Part shown: positions 28,847 through 37,295 of the stretch, in pieces | How positions within the stretch are numbered: position 1 is the first letter of the stretch | How the letters are laid out: the number at the start of each line of letters is the position of its first letter | Source: a virus | Lineage: Duplodnaviria; Caudoviricetes | Virus record (IMG/VR): IMGVR_UViG_3300042883_001293 | Reading direction: 5' to 3' (one strand) | Length of the DNA: 64,000 nucleotides | The notes under the pieces: model-generated | The model's input: the letters and a program-made list of their open reading frames with translations, nothing else | Databases searched by the model: none | What the model was told of the DNA's origin: nothing | Made by a program: the position numbers and the translations under genes

Positions 28847-29043
28847 AACTTCACGAACGACTTACGGAATGGTATTATACTCACGATGCCGTTCAATCTG
28901 GTGATGTAATCGCAAATGAGATTGTGAATGTCGTGAAGGAATGGTTGAAAAACTATCATAAAGAAGACACCAACAAATACGATTTTGACTATTTCAGTGG
29001 ATGGGCAGATTGTATTGATATTTTAGAGAGGGATTTACGATGA
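28843..29043 (+). CDS. Hypothetical protein (GWxDC family)
   Basis: Coupled ORF. Confidence 0.65.
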   Translation: MKLHERLTEWYYTHDAVQSGDVIANEIVNVVKEWLKNYHKEDTNKYDFDYFSGWADCIDILERDLR

Positions 29044-29231
29044 CTGAACGAAACTTTACAAAAGAACTCCTATACTCATATTATGCTGATATGGAAGGTG
29101 GAGATGATGTTGAGAGCATTGATTATCGTTCTTTGATACATATCATCACCGAACTTCATAGGAGGATTGAGAAACTTGAAAGGAAGTTAGAAAAGCAGGA
29201 AGAGTATGCTATGGAGCAAAATGAACAATGA
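29040..29231 (+). CDS. Hypothetical protein
   Basis: Coupled ORF. Confidence 0.65.
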   Translation: MTERNFTKELLYSYYADMEGGDDVESIDYRSLIHIITELHRRIEKLERKLEKQEEYAMEQNEQ

Positions 29232-29799
29232 TATGCCGTGGGTCAATCTCACACAAGAAGAAGTAGAAGAACTCCGCAACAAAAAACACGAACTCACTGA
29301 ATACGGCAAACAGAGGTTGAAAGAACTTATCTACAAACAGGATATGAAAAAAATGGAAGATGCTGCAAAAAATCTTGTTCTTGAAAATCTCACGCATGAA
29401 GAAATGTTGGAAATTGCTGAAAAAAGAGAGGCAGAAAACAAAGCACTTGCTACTCTTGATGAACTTTATGAGAAGCACGGTGATGCCATGTTGAAACTTG
29501 CAGAGATTGAAAAGGATGAATGGGAACGTAGAGAACGTGCTGATACTGTCCTGCGACGATATAATCACTTTTATAATGAAGAATGTTCTGGTCTTCCTCA
29601 CGGGACACCAATCACACCAGAACATATGCAGGCACTTACTCTTGAATGTATGATTGATGCTCTCATGTGCGAAAATCTAAATGTAGAGTATAATGTGATT
29701 GCGATTGATGACATCAAGGATTTGATTGAAGGATTGTATCGGCAGAGTGATGAGTTTTTGGAACGAGTGAGGAAACTGAAAGAGCAGAATAATGGATGA
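29221..29799 (+). CDS. Hypothetical coiled-coil protein
   Basis: ORF track. Confidence 0.7.
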   Translation: MNNDMPWVNLTQEEVEELRNKKHELTEYGKQRLKELIYKQDMKKMEDAAKNLVLENLTHEEMLEIAEKREAENKALATLDELYEKHGDAMLKLAEIEKDEWERRERADTVLRRYNHFYNEECSGLPHGTPITPEHMQALTLECMIDALMCENLNVEYNVIAIDDIKDLIEGLYRQSDEFLERVRKLKEQNNG

Positions 29800-30085
29800 A
29801 TCATACTATCAGTATTATGTGATTGATTATTATGCGACTGGAGAAGGTCGTTCCATTTGGTTGATGATTTGTCCGAATAACTCTCCATCATATCCACAGG
29901 ATTATCTACAAAACCGATGGGAGAAGTTTGTAAATGTAGAGTACTATTTGTACGGGACAGAAAAACTCACAGAAGAAGAGTTTATGAAGAAGTATCGTGT
30001 GTTTATGCCAGGACACATTAAGAATACTATTGAAGAGAAAAGTATGAGTATCTGGCAATCACATTATCATTTTAATCGTTCATAA
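29792..30085 (+). CDS. Hypothetical protein
   Basis: ORF track. Confidence 0.7.
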   Translation: MDESYYQYYVIDYYATGEGRSIWLMICPNNSPSYPQDYLQNRWEKFVNVEYYLYGTEKLTEEEFMKKYRVFMPGHIKNTIEEKSMSIWQSHYHFNRS

Positions 30086-30289
30086 TGAAACCACTACCAG
30101 ATAAAAGAGAATTGGATATTATGTGGACTGTTGCCACCTCAACCAGTATTGAAACTGGCACAAGACCCCACCACGGTTTCGCAAAAATGGAAATGTCTTG
30201 AAACTGGTTATGTTAGTAATGCTGGTGGACTTTCTCAATATCAAAAGGCACGAGCAATAGATACTTCCAAAAGAGTTAGAATATCATAA
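30085..30289 (+). pseudogene. Deletion chimera: 5' half of a 17149-paralog fused to the last ~35 codons of a Seg-like endonuclease
   Basis: MKPLPDKRELDIMWTVATSTSIETGTRPHHGFA, then in another frame (30182-30289) QKWKCLETGYVSNAGGLSQYQKARAIDTSKRVRIS*. Confidence 0.75.
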
Positions 30290-30347
30290 GGACACTTCCC
30301 AAACTGGAACAAGGGCACTTGAAACCTAGTGCTTTTTGTTGTATAAT
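30288..30347 (+). promoter_or_regulatory. Early dyad element (ACTGGAACA subtype)
   Basis: aaggacact-tcccaa-actggaaca; TTGAAA-17-TATAAT. Confidence 0.7.
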
Positions 30348-30371
30348 GATTTTATGAAAGATAAACCACCT

Positions 30372-30593
30372 ATGGAAAAAAAGTTATGTGTTAGTTGCAA
30401 GTATTATCGTAAGGATTGGTTGGGTCATCTATTTGGATTTGGACACCGACACGATACTTGCACTTCTCCAAATACTTCCACAAATCTTGTAACTGGCAAC
30501 GAAAGTAGGTTTTGTGATATGCTCCGTGCTAAATGCTGGGAATCACTTGATTATTCTTGTGGTTCTGATGGTAAGTTCTGGGAGGCAAAATGA
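30372..30593 (+). CDS. Small Cys-containing hypothetical protein
   Basis: CxxCKYY...C...C...C. Confidence 0.6.
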   Translation: MEKKLCVSCKYYRKDWLGHLFGFGHRHDTCTSPNTSTNLVTGNESRFCDMLRAKCWESLDYSCGSDGKFWEAK

Positions 30594-30760
30594 AAGCATT
30601 TAAGATATGTTTTGAGTTGTGGAAACAACTGATGACTTATGATGGTCGTGACCCTGAATGGGACTTTGAAGATTATCAAGGTATTTTTTGGGATTATCTA
30701 AACTACTCTTACATTAGAACAGAGTGGAGTATCAAGAGTGAATGGAAGTGGAAGAAATGA
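30590..30760 (+). CDS. Trp-rich hypothetical protein (56 aa)
   Basis: Own translation; ATGA overlaps. Confidence 0.55.
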   Translation: MKAFKICFELWKQLMTYDGRDPEWDFEDYQGIFWDYLNYSYIRTEWSIKSEWKWKK

Positions 30761-30939
30761 ACGACGAAAAGAACCCTGATGAGATTGTCGTCAAGGACAT
30801 AGATATGATACACTTTGAGATGATGGATGATGGGTTCTTATGGTGTGGAATCTATCATAAGAATGGTCAGGTTGATCATTTCAACATCACTGCAAAGAAA
30901 AACAAACTCTCTACTATCTGGATGCCTAATTGTGGATAA
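30757..30939 (+). CDS. Hypothetical protein
   Basis: Coupled ORF. Confidence 0.65.
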   Translation: MNDEKNPDEIVVKDIDMIHFEMMDDGFLWCGIYHKNGQVDHFNITAKKNKLSTIWMPNCG

Positions 30940-31234
30940 TCTCCTACAACGATATAAAAACTACACCCGCAAGCAGTATAATCGTTACTGCTATGATGGT
31001 GATTTTGAACCTCACTTCAGGTGGAACCCATTTGATACAAATAACGATTGGGTGTATGATAATGAGAAGTGGAGACACTTTATCTGGGGATTTCAAAATA
31101 TAGCAAATGCTTGGGAGGCGTGGTCTTATTGGATGAGAGATAAGAAGTATTCTTATAAACTTCCTTATGCGATGTGGTCAGAACTAAATGATGGTTGGAT
31201 GTATATGTATGAATATTCTTGGACAAAAAAATGA
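30932..31234 (+). CDS. Trp-rich hypothetical protein
   Basis: GTG start; shares W.xLNxGW motif with 31231. Confidence 0.6.
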   Translation: MDNLLQRYKNYTRKQYNRYCYDGDFEPHFRWNPFDTNNDWVYDNEKWRHFIWGFQNIANAWEAWSYWMRDKKYSYKLPYAMWSELNDGWMYMYEYSWTKK

Positions 31235-31554
31235 ACTTCCATAAACTAATCATATCAAATAGATTTCTACGTTACACACCATTTTGGTGGTGGTATAGGT
31301 TGATGTCGCATGAAGGATTTCGCTTTGATGATTATCACATTTGGGGAGAATTTTGGCACTCTCTGAATGGTGGATGGTTGGATATGAACTACAAATATGA
31401 GTTTGAGAAGTTTTGGGGTAAAGGATCTTATCCACCAGAAAAGATTATTCTATCAAAAGAAAACTTTGATGCTCTTGTAGAAAAACTCAACGAACCACCA
31501 CAATACAACGAAAAGATCGCTAGAGTATTACAACGGAAAGCACCATGGGATTGA
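31231..31554 (+). CDS. Trp-rich hypothetical protein
   Basis: Coupled ORF. Confidence 0.65.
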   Translation: MNFHKLIISNRFLRYTPFWWWYRLMSHEGFRFDDYHIWGEFWHSLNGGWLDMNYKYEFEKFWGKGSYPPEKIILSKENFDALVEKLNEPPQYNEKIARVLQRKAPWD

Positions 31555-31574
31555 ATAAATACTTCCAAAAAGTC

Positions 31575-31778
31575 ATGATTACTTTCAAACAGTTTTTAGA
31601 AGAAGCAAAGAAAAAAGAAGTAGAAAAAATTCAGTCTAAAACTGGTAAACTGTCGAAAAAACAAATCATGAAAGTATTAAATTCTCAAGGTGGAATTGGT
31701 GGTGGATCGGTGAAGAAGTATGTTGATAAAAATCCAGATCGTGGTCCTCAACATTATAATTTAAGAGATAAAATGTGA
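31575..31778 (+). CDS. Small late protein (TFKQFLEEA N-terminus)
   Basis: ATAAATA at 31555-61; N-terminus typical of cyanomyophage late/virion proteins. Confidence 0.6.
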   Translation: MITFKQFLEEAKKKEVEKIQSKTGKLSKKQIMKVLNSQGGIGGGSVKKYVDKNPDRGPQHYNLRDKM

Positions 31779-31951
31779 ACGAAAAGGCAAAAATTTATTA
31801 TAATGTCTGGTGTTGTGCATATCAACGCAGACATTTGTATCGTGACACACCCAGAGAACAGAGAGAACATGCTACAATACTCATGTGCCTCCAAATGAAA
31901 GACGCCAAATGGTATCAATTTGACACTGAAAAACCAAAACATTTAAAATGA
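31775..31951 (+). CDS. Hypothetical protein (58 aa)
   Basis: Own translation; GTGA/ATGA overlaps. Confidence 0.5.
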   Translation: MNEKAKIYYNVWCCAYQRRHLYRDTPREQREHATILMCLQMKDAKWYQFDTEKPKHLK

Positions 31952-32142
31952 TCTCAATTTATGATATAATGTATGATGAACGTAAATATGGTTGGGTTGT
32001 AGATAAACGCTATGACTGGATCAATATGCTTAATAAAATGCAAAAGAGTAATCCGCAAAGATTTGTGGAGTTCAAATACTCGCAGGAAACAATTTATCAT
32101 CACATAGATAGGTTGCAACAAGAACAAAACCTTTATGATTAA
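31948..32142 (+). CDS. Hypothetical protein
   Basis: ORF track. Confidence 0.65.
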   Translation: MISIYDIMYDERKYGWVVDKRYDWINMLNKMQKSNPQRFVEFKYSQETIYHHIDRLQQEQNLYD

Positions 32143-32146
32143 TTAA

Positions 32147-32338
32147 ATGCCTAAACCAATTAAAGAAGAGTTTCCACATCCTGGATTCCCAATTAAAATT
32201 GTCCATAAAGATGGAAAGGACCTAAAGGATAAAAAAACTTGTTATTTTCAGTGTGATGCACATGCCAAAAAATACATAGAGAAATCTAAATTCAAGAAAA
32301 AAGACTACATTATTACTTACCAAGAGGATACCAAATGA
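32147..32338 (+). CDS. Hypothetical protein
   Basis: ORF track. Confidence 0.65.
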   Translation: MPKPIKEEFPHPGFPIKIVHKDGKDLKDKKTCYFQCDAHAKKYIEKSKFKKKDYIITYQEDTK

Positions 32339-32499
32339 CAACACGAACTTTTGTTGATAAGAATGGAAATTCCTGGGAGTGGGAAGAAACTCCAGAAACT
32401 GCTAGGGCAGTAGAAGAACTTTCAAAATTTGCAGGTAATTATCAGGGACCTCTGTATGCACCTCATCCTGACATAAAAAATGGAAAAAAAACTAATTGA
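32335..32499 (+). CDS. Hypothetical protein (54 aa)
   Basis: Own translation. Confidence 0.55.
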   Translation: MTTRTFVDKNGNSWEWEETPETARAVEELSKFAGNYQGPLYAPHPDIKNGKKTN

Positions 32500-32689
32500 C
32501 GACTGCTTTTACATTCAACAGAAAAAGTATGGACTCTGGTATTCAACCGATCTTGAAGAAACCGAATTGGTTACATCTCTCACTGAAGAGCAATGTGTAT
32601 CAGCGACCCGTTATGTACTTAAAGGACGGCAGGAAGGTTTCCCTGAACCCCAAAAAGTTCACGAAGGAATAGTAGGTGGAAAACTCTGA
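32480..32689 (+). CDS. Conserved cyanophage hypothetical protein
   Basis: ORF track. Confidence 0.7.
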   Translation: MEKKLIDDCFYIQQKKYGLWYSTDLEETELVTSLTEEQCVSATRYVLKGRQEGFPEPQKVHEGIVGGKL

Positions 32690-32840
32690 TTATTCATATC
32701 ATGTGCTAGACCCCACTATACCCTGGTATGAGTGGTTGTGCTACTGTGAAATCTACTGCTAATTAAATGTTGAGGGGCAATTAAATTGGAACAGATTTAT
32801 GAGGTATAGAAATTACTTGAAAGAAGTTGGTGTATCATGA
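32676..32840 (+). pseudogene. Small ORF interrupted by in-frame TAA at 32760
   Basis: Frame continues after TAA to a TGA that overlaps the next ATG (ATGA). Confidence 0.45.
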
Positions 32841-33040
32841 ATTGGTTTAAAAAATGGGGTTTTGACGAAGAAGTTCCAATGGATAATATCTATGAGAAAC
32901 TTTATGAGATGGAAGACCGAATTATTAAGTTAGAAGAAGAAAATATAGAACTTACAAATGAATTGTATCGTATGGAAAACTCTCTTGATTCCCGTATAGA
33001 TATTCTTGCTGAACGTTGTAGGATTAATTACGATGTATGA
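32837..33040 (+). CDS. Coiled-coil hypothetical protein
   Basis: ORF track. Confidence 0.7.
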   Translation: MNWFKKWGFDEEVPMDNIYEKLYEMEDRIIKLEEENIELTNELYRMENSLDSRIDILAERCRINYDV

Positions 33041-33233
33041 AACTTTAACTGAATTTGAAAGAGCACTTGCTCGTTTTGGGGATAAAGTAGGACTGATTGC
33101 TGGAATGGAAGTATCTGATAAGATTTCTCCAGAAGAAGCATATCAGATGATTAAAGAAGAATATAAAGAACTCAAATCTCTTCGCAAAATTGAAAAGAAA
33201 ACTTGGGTAAACGACACAGAAGTTGACATGTGA
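33006..33233 (+). CDS. Conserved cyanophage hypothetical protein
   Basis: ORF track; true start may be ATG 33033. Confidence 0.65.
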   Translation: MLNVVGLITMYETLTEFERALARFGDKVGLIAGMEVSDKISPEEAYQMIKEEYKELKSLRKIEKKTWVNDTEVDM

Positions 33234-33391
33234 TGGAAGATACTCTTAAAATAACAGAGAACGAGGACGGATCGTTCACCATGGACTGGGACCCAAAAGA
33301 CCCAAAATGGAAGTTTCTTAATGGGTTGACAAACAAAGAGATCCAGGTTATAGTGGAGCAAGCAATCAAGGACTACATCAATGACCTTTGA
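33233..33391 (+). CDS. Hypothetical protein (52 aa)
   Basis: Own translation MEDTLKITENEDGSFTMDWD. Confidence 0.6.
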   Translation: MEDTLKITENEDGSFTMDWDPKDPKWKFLNGLTNKEIQVIVEQAIKDYINDL

Positions 33392-34010
33392 CTACAAGAA
33401 GTATTCTCTTGAAAATCTTGAAAACTGGATGCACGATGCAATGTCTTGTGCGGAAGCAACACCTCAAGAAATCTATGATGTGATTAAAGGTGTTGTTGAG
33501 GACAACTACTATACGTACAAGCATCAAGCATCTCAAGCATATGAACTTCTTGCTCTTCTGAATGGTAATGGTAAGGGTCATATTGAAGCATATGACGCTG
33601 TAATGCGTGAGAAAGAGTATTATGAACCTTCTATGCCTCCTTGGGGACATAGTGACATGGAAGCACTTCAATACACAGAAGAAGAAATGGATGCTATGTG
33701 TGATGCTGCTAAAAAACAGGAAGATCAACGTCAAATGACATATGATGAAGCAATTGCTGCTGGTTGGACTATGACTGCTGATGGTTTCTGGATCAAAGAA
33801 TCTCCCAAACTTAAAAAAGATAAAGTTGTAAAGTGGCAACTTCCTGTTGAAATTGATGGTCCAAGTGGAGAATACTTTATTTGCTTCCCTGATGACCTGC
33901 TAGAAGCAGCAAATCTGAAAGAAGGTGATCAGGTAAATTGGGTTGACAATGGTGATGGATCTTACATCTTGACTAAAGTAACTGAACCACTTGGTATGGA
34001 TGAGTGTTGA
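33381..34010 (+). CDS. Protein with C-terminal AbrB/MazE-like domain
   Basis: GEYFICFPDDLLEAANLKEGDQVNWVDNGDGSYILTKV. Confidence 0.6.
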   Translation: MTFDYKKYSLENLENWMHDAMSCAEATPQEIYDVIKGVVEDNYYTYKHQASQAYELLALLNGNGKGHIEAYDAVMREKEYYEPSMPPWGHSDMEALQYTEEEMDAMCDAAKKQEDQRQMTYDEAIAAGWTMTADGFWIKESPKLKKDKVVKWQLPVEIDGPSGEYFICFPDDLLEAANLKEGDQVNWVDNGDGSYILTKVTEPLGMDEC

Positions 34011-34180
34011 TGATTGAAACTCTTCTTTGTGGTTACAATTTACTCTGCCATGTAAGAAACGTGGTAGAATATCCAAAAATACAAACGCCTGTGATAAAGT
34101 ATTACGAACCAGGCAAATCCTGTTATGTAAACGGAACCTTTTATACTAAATGTGAGGACAGATTAAATGGCATTAAGTGA
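34010..34180 (+). CDS. Hypothetical protein (56 aa)
   Basis: Own translation. Confidence 0.5.
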   Translation: MIETLLCGYNLLCHVRNVVEYPKIQTPVIKYYEPGKSCYVNGTFYTKCEDRLNGIK

Positions 34181-34397
34181 ATCGGTGGAGCAAAGTTTAA
34201 AAGAAGCTGAAGCAAATCTTCGTAATGCACTTGCATATGCTGCTCGTCAAGAACGACCAATGGTTTGTAGTGTAATTGCAGATATTATCAGTCGTATTGA
34301 ATCTCTACAGGCAACTGATTCTATTCTTGATAAACTTGAAAATCGCAAGTCTGGTGACAGTGGGTTTTTTGGATCTTTCTTTGATGGTAAAGATTAA
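34167..34397 (+). CDS. Conserved cyanophage hypothetical protein
   Basis: MALSESVEQSLKEAEANLRNALAYAARQERP. Confidence 0.75.
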   Translation: MALSESVEQSLKEAEANLRNALAYAARQERPMVCSVIADIISRIESLQATDSILDKLENRKSGDSGFFGSFFDGKD

Positions 34398-34492
34398 TCA
34401 TTAAGTGTTGTAACGCGATCCCAAAGAAAACATTAAGTTTCTAGATATTAATGTATTGGAATGCTAATATTGGGACACATCGCAAAAACACT

Positions 34493-34669
34493 ATGACCCT
34501 TGCAAAAACTGGAACTGCAAACCTCACTACCGAAGAATGGAATGAACTAATTGCACTAAAAGAGGCAATTAGTTATGCTCCTCAAACAGTTTCTGCAGAG
34601 AAAATGGAAAAATTCGTAGAACTTATGGTCCGCTCTCTTGAAGGAAAAGGCGATTGCACACCACGATAA
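34493..34669 (+). CDS. Hypothetical protein
   Basis: ORF. Confidence 0.6.
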   Translation: MTLAKTGTANLTTEEWNELIALKEAISYAPQTVSAEKMEKFVELMVRSLEGKGDCTPR

Positions 34670-34699
34670 AAAATAAATAAGTATTATCAAAATACAAAA

Positions 34700-34912
34700 A
34701 TGGAAAACATCGACCAACATATTCAAAAAGATAAAGAACTTCTGGAAGATCCTATGATTTCTCCACAAGCAAGAAGGCATACTGAGGAAGAACTTGAAGC
34801 ACTGAGATCCTATAAAGAGCATCACCCTAATGATAATCATGATCCAACTGCATTAGAATTGTACTGCGATGCTAATCCTAATGCCCTTGAATGCAGAGTT
34901 TATGAAGACTGA
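34700..34912 (+). CDS. Conserved cyanophage protein with CP12-like C-terminus
   Basis: DPTALELYCDANPNALECRVYED is the CP12 C-terminal signature; late promoter ATAAATA 34673-79. Confidence 0.75.
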   Translation: MENIDQHIQKDKELLEDPMISPQARRHTEEELEALRSYKEHHPNDNHDPTALELYCDANPNALECRVYED

Positions 34913-34937
34913 GACCTAAATTAAATCCTTAAAAAAG

Positions 34938-34978
34938 ACCCTCCTACACGACCATGCAGGAGGGTTTCATGCTATAAT
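34938..34978 (+). promoter_or_regulatory. Stem-loop promoter upstream of the R-M-like operon
   Basis: accctcct/aggagggt stem; extended -10 TGCTATAAT; two CATG sites. Confidence 0.55.
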
Positions 34979-34998
34979 ACCTGAAACAAACAAACATT

Positions 34999-36330
34999 AT
35001 GAAATTAAACCTTTTCATTTTAGGAGAAGAACAAGCGTCTCTTGAAATTATGACGGTTATATCTTGGTGGATTAAATCTCCTTTGAGTGTAGATGTTAAT
35101 AAAGTAAGGTTTATTCCTGTTCCGATTTATGGCAACCTTTTCTTCAAAATTGAGGGAGTTGCTCTTGAACAATATCATTCTGTTTATTATGGAATTATAT
35201 CAAAAACTGGTAATAGTTTTGTAGATTATCTCATATACGAAGGTAATACTATTCCTGAAGAGGATTCTCTTCCTGTTGCTGCACTAGAAGCAACTAAGAA
35301 TGACGGAAAAGAATCTGGAAATATGTCAGATCAACGTGCTGGTAAAAGTATTGCTCTTCGTTCTAAGTGGGAAAATATTCCATTTGGTTACTTGATCAAT
35401 CACCCAAACCCAATTAGCAAAACTGTTAAAACTTTTGGTTTGGGTCATAACTGTGCATTTGCTACTATGAAAGCACTTAGAACTGATGTTATTATTGCAC
35501 AAACAGACAAAGTAGAATTCAAGAAATATGACAATCCTATCACTTATGATTCCATTGAGAGTGTCATTGTAGCAGAAAATTCCAAACAGAAAAGGGCAGG
35601 AACTCCTTGTAGGGTGAATCGTGTTGGAAATAAGATTCAAATTCAGGCAAAATTGATTAAAAATGGTGGTAAACATGATCCTAGTGAAGGATATGTTGCT
35701 AGTCGTGCATGTTTAATTCGACATCTTGATTCAAATATTACGATTGAAATTGTCAATCACCAGCAGGACCTTCGTTACTTTCAGAGAAAGAACAATAAAT
35801 TTATCAATTGCTTAAAGAAAGTTGGTGTTACTGTCATATTTGACGATTCTTCTTATGTAATTGAGCGTGAAGATAATGTGTATGAGAAATCTTATTGGAG
35901 ATACTCAAAAACTGGTGAGAAAATGTGCAGCATTGTGTTAGAGCACATTTTGATTAGTAAAGGGCACCAAATTATTTTTACGAATCATGCTGGTTGTGGT
36001 AAATCGTGGAAAAAAATCAATGGAGAATACTTCCCGACCAAGAAATCGAAAGGTATTCCCGACCTCGTATCTTACAATCCCACAAATGCAACTCTGTATG
36101 TAATTGAGGCAGAAACCACTAAAAACTATAAAAAAGGATTGGCACAGGTGCGTGATCAAAACTTTGATACTTTTATTGAAAGGGAATTTCTTCCACACTT
36201 CCCAAAAGATACTAAAGTTTTGAAGTATCTCTGCACTTATGGACAATATAATCAAGAACCAGAGGTTCTGTTCAACTTGACAGGGGACTTTCAAATGAAT
36301 TATAATGAGAATGCTGAGGTGATTCAATGA
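34999..36330 (+). CDS. Putative Type IIS-like restriction endonuclease (two candidate catalytic centres)
   Basis: N-terminal D...EATKND..ES.N and C-terminal PD-X14-EAE motifs; translationally coupled to two MTases. Confidence 0.55.
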   Translation: MKLNLFILGEEQASLEIMTVISWWIKSPLSVDVNKVRFIPVPIYGNLFFKIEGVALEQYHSVYYGIISKTGNSFVDYLIYEGNTIPEEDSLPVAALEATKNDGKESGNMSDQRAGKSIALRSKWENIPFGYLINHPNPISKTVKTFGLGHNCAFATMKALRTDVIIAQTDKVEFKKYDNPITYDSIESVIVAENSKQKRAGTPCRVNRVGNKIQIQAKLIKNGGKHDPSEGYVASRACLIRHLDSNITIEIVNHQQDLRYFQRKNNKFINCLKKVGVTVIFDDSSYVIEREDNVYEKSYWRYSKTGEKMCSIVLEHILISKGHQIIFTNHAGCGKSWKKINGEYFPTKKSKGIPDLVSYNPTNATLYVIEAETTKNYKKGLAQVRDQNFDTFIEREFLPHFPKDTKVLKYLCTYGQYNQEPEVLFNLTGDFQMNYNENAEVIQ

Positions 36331-37295
36331 GATACATTGGTAACAAAACTAAATTACTTGATTTTATTCATGGAGAGATTCAGTCTGTCTGTGGAGATAT
36401 CTCTACGTCTAAATTTTGTGATTTGTTTTCTGGATCTGGTTCTGTAGCAAGATATTTTAAGCAGCATTGTGCCGAAGTTATTGCTAATGATCTTGAAGAT
36501 TATAGTTACGTTTTGTGTCAAAATTATATTGGTAATAATGAGGTGTTTGAATATCAAAAATTGATCGATTACCTTAATAGTCTTCCTGGAGTAAAAGGAA
36601 GGTTCTATGAAAACTTTTCTCCAGCAGCAGGACGCTCATTTTTCACAGAGCATAATGCACAAAAGATTGACGCAATCCGAATGGAGATTGAGAATCTTAA
36701 TTTACCCAAAAATCAATACTATTTTTCCCTTGCTTCATTGATAGAAACTGCAGATTCATATGCTAATACCACTGGTGTTTATGGAGCATACTTAAAGAGT
36801 TTTAACGCCAGATCTAGTAAAAATATGAGTTTAGTTGCTCACCCTCATGTTCCTGGCGGAATAGGTAAGGTCTATAAGAAAAACGCAAACGATCTTATTC
36901 ATGAGATTAATGGAGATATTCTTTATCTTGATCCTCCATATAACACTAGACAGTATGGTGCCAATTATCACATTCCAAATTACATTGTAAATTACTTTGA
37001 TTTTGATTACAATCAAGACTCAAAGACTGCTCTTGGAACTTACAATAAATCTGAGTTTTCGCAAAAGAAGTCCGTTAAGATTGCATTCGAAGATTTGATA
37101 TCTAATGCAAAATATAACTATATCTTTGTTTCGTACAATAATGAAGGTATTCTTTCCTTTGCTGATATTGAGAAGATCATGACGAAATATGGGAAATATG
37201 ATCTTAAAGAAAAGGAGCACAAAAGATACAAATCAAATACAAACAATTTGCAACAATCAAAAGTAGTTGAACACCTTCACGTATTGATAAAATGA
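36327..37295 (+). CDS. N6-adenine DNA methyltransferase (M.NlaIII / M.FokI-N-domain-like, D12 class)
   Basis: MRYIGNK, DLFSGSG, YGAYLK, LYLDPPYNTRQY..NYH, SYNNEG. Confidence 0.88.
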   Translation: MRYIGNKTKLLDFIHGEIQSVCGDISTSKFCDLFSGSGSVARYFKQHCAEVIANDLEDYSYVLCQNYIGNNEVFEYQKLIDYLNSLPGVKGRFYENFSPAAGRSFFTEHNAQKIDAIRMEIENLNLPKNQYYFSLASLIETADSYANTTGVYGAYLKSFNARSSKNMSLVAHPHVPGGIGKVYKKNANDLIHEINGDILYLDPPYNTRQYGANYHIPNYIVNYFDFDYNQDSKTALGTYNKSEFSQKKSVKIAFEDLISNAKYNYIFVSYNNEGILSFADIEKIMTKYGKYDLKEKEHKRYKSNTNNLQQSKVVEHLHVLIK

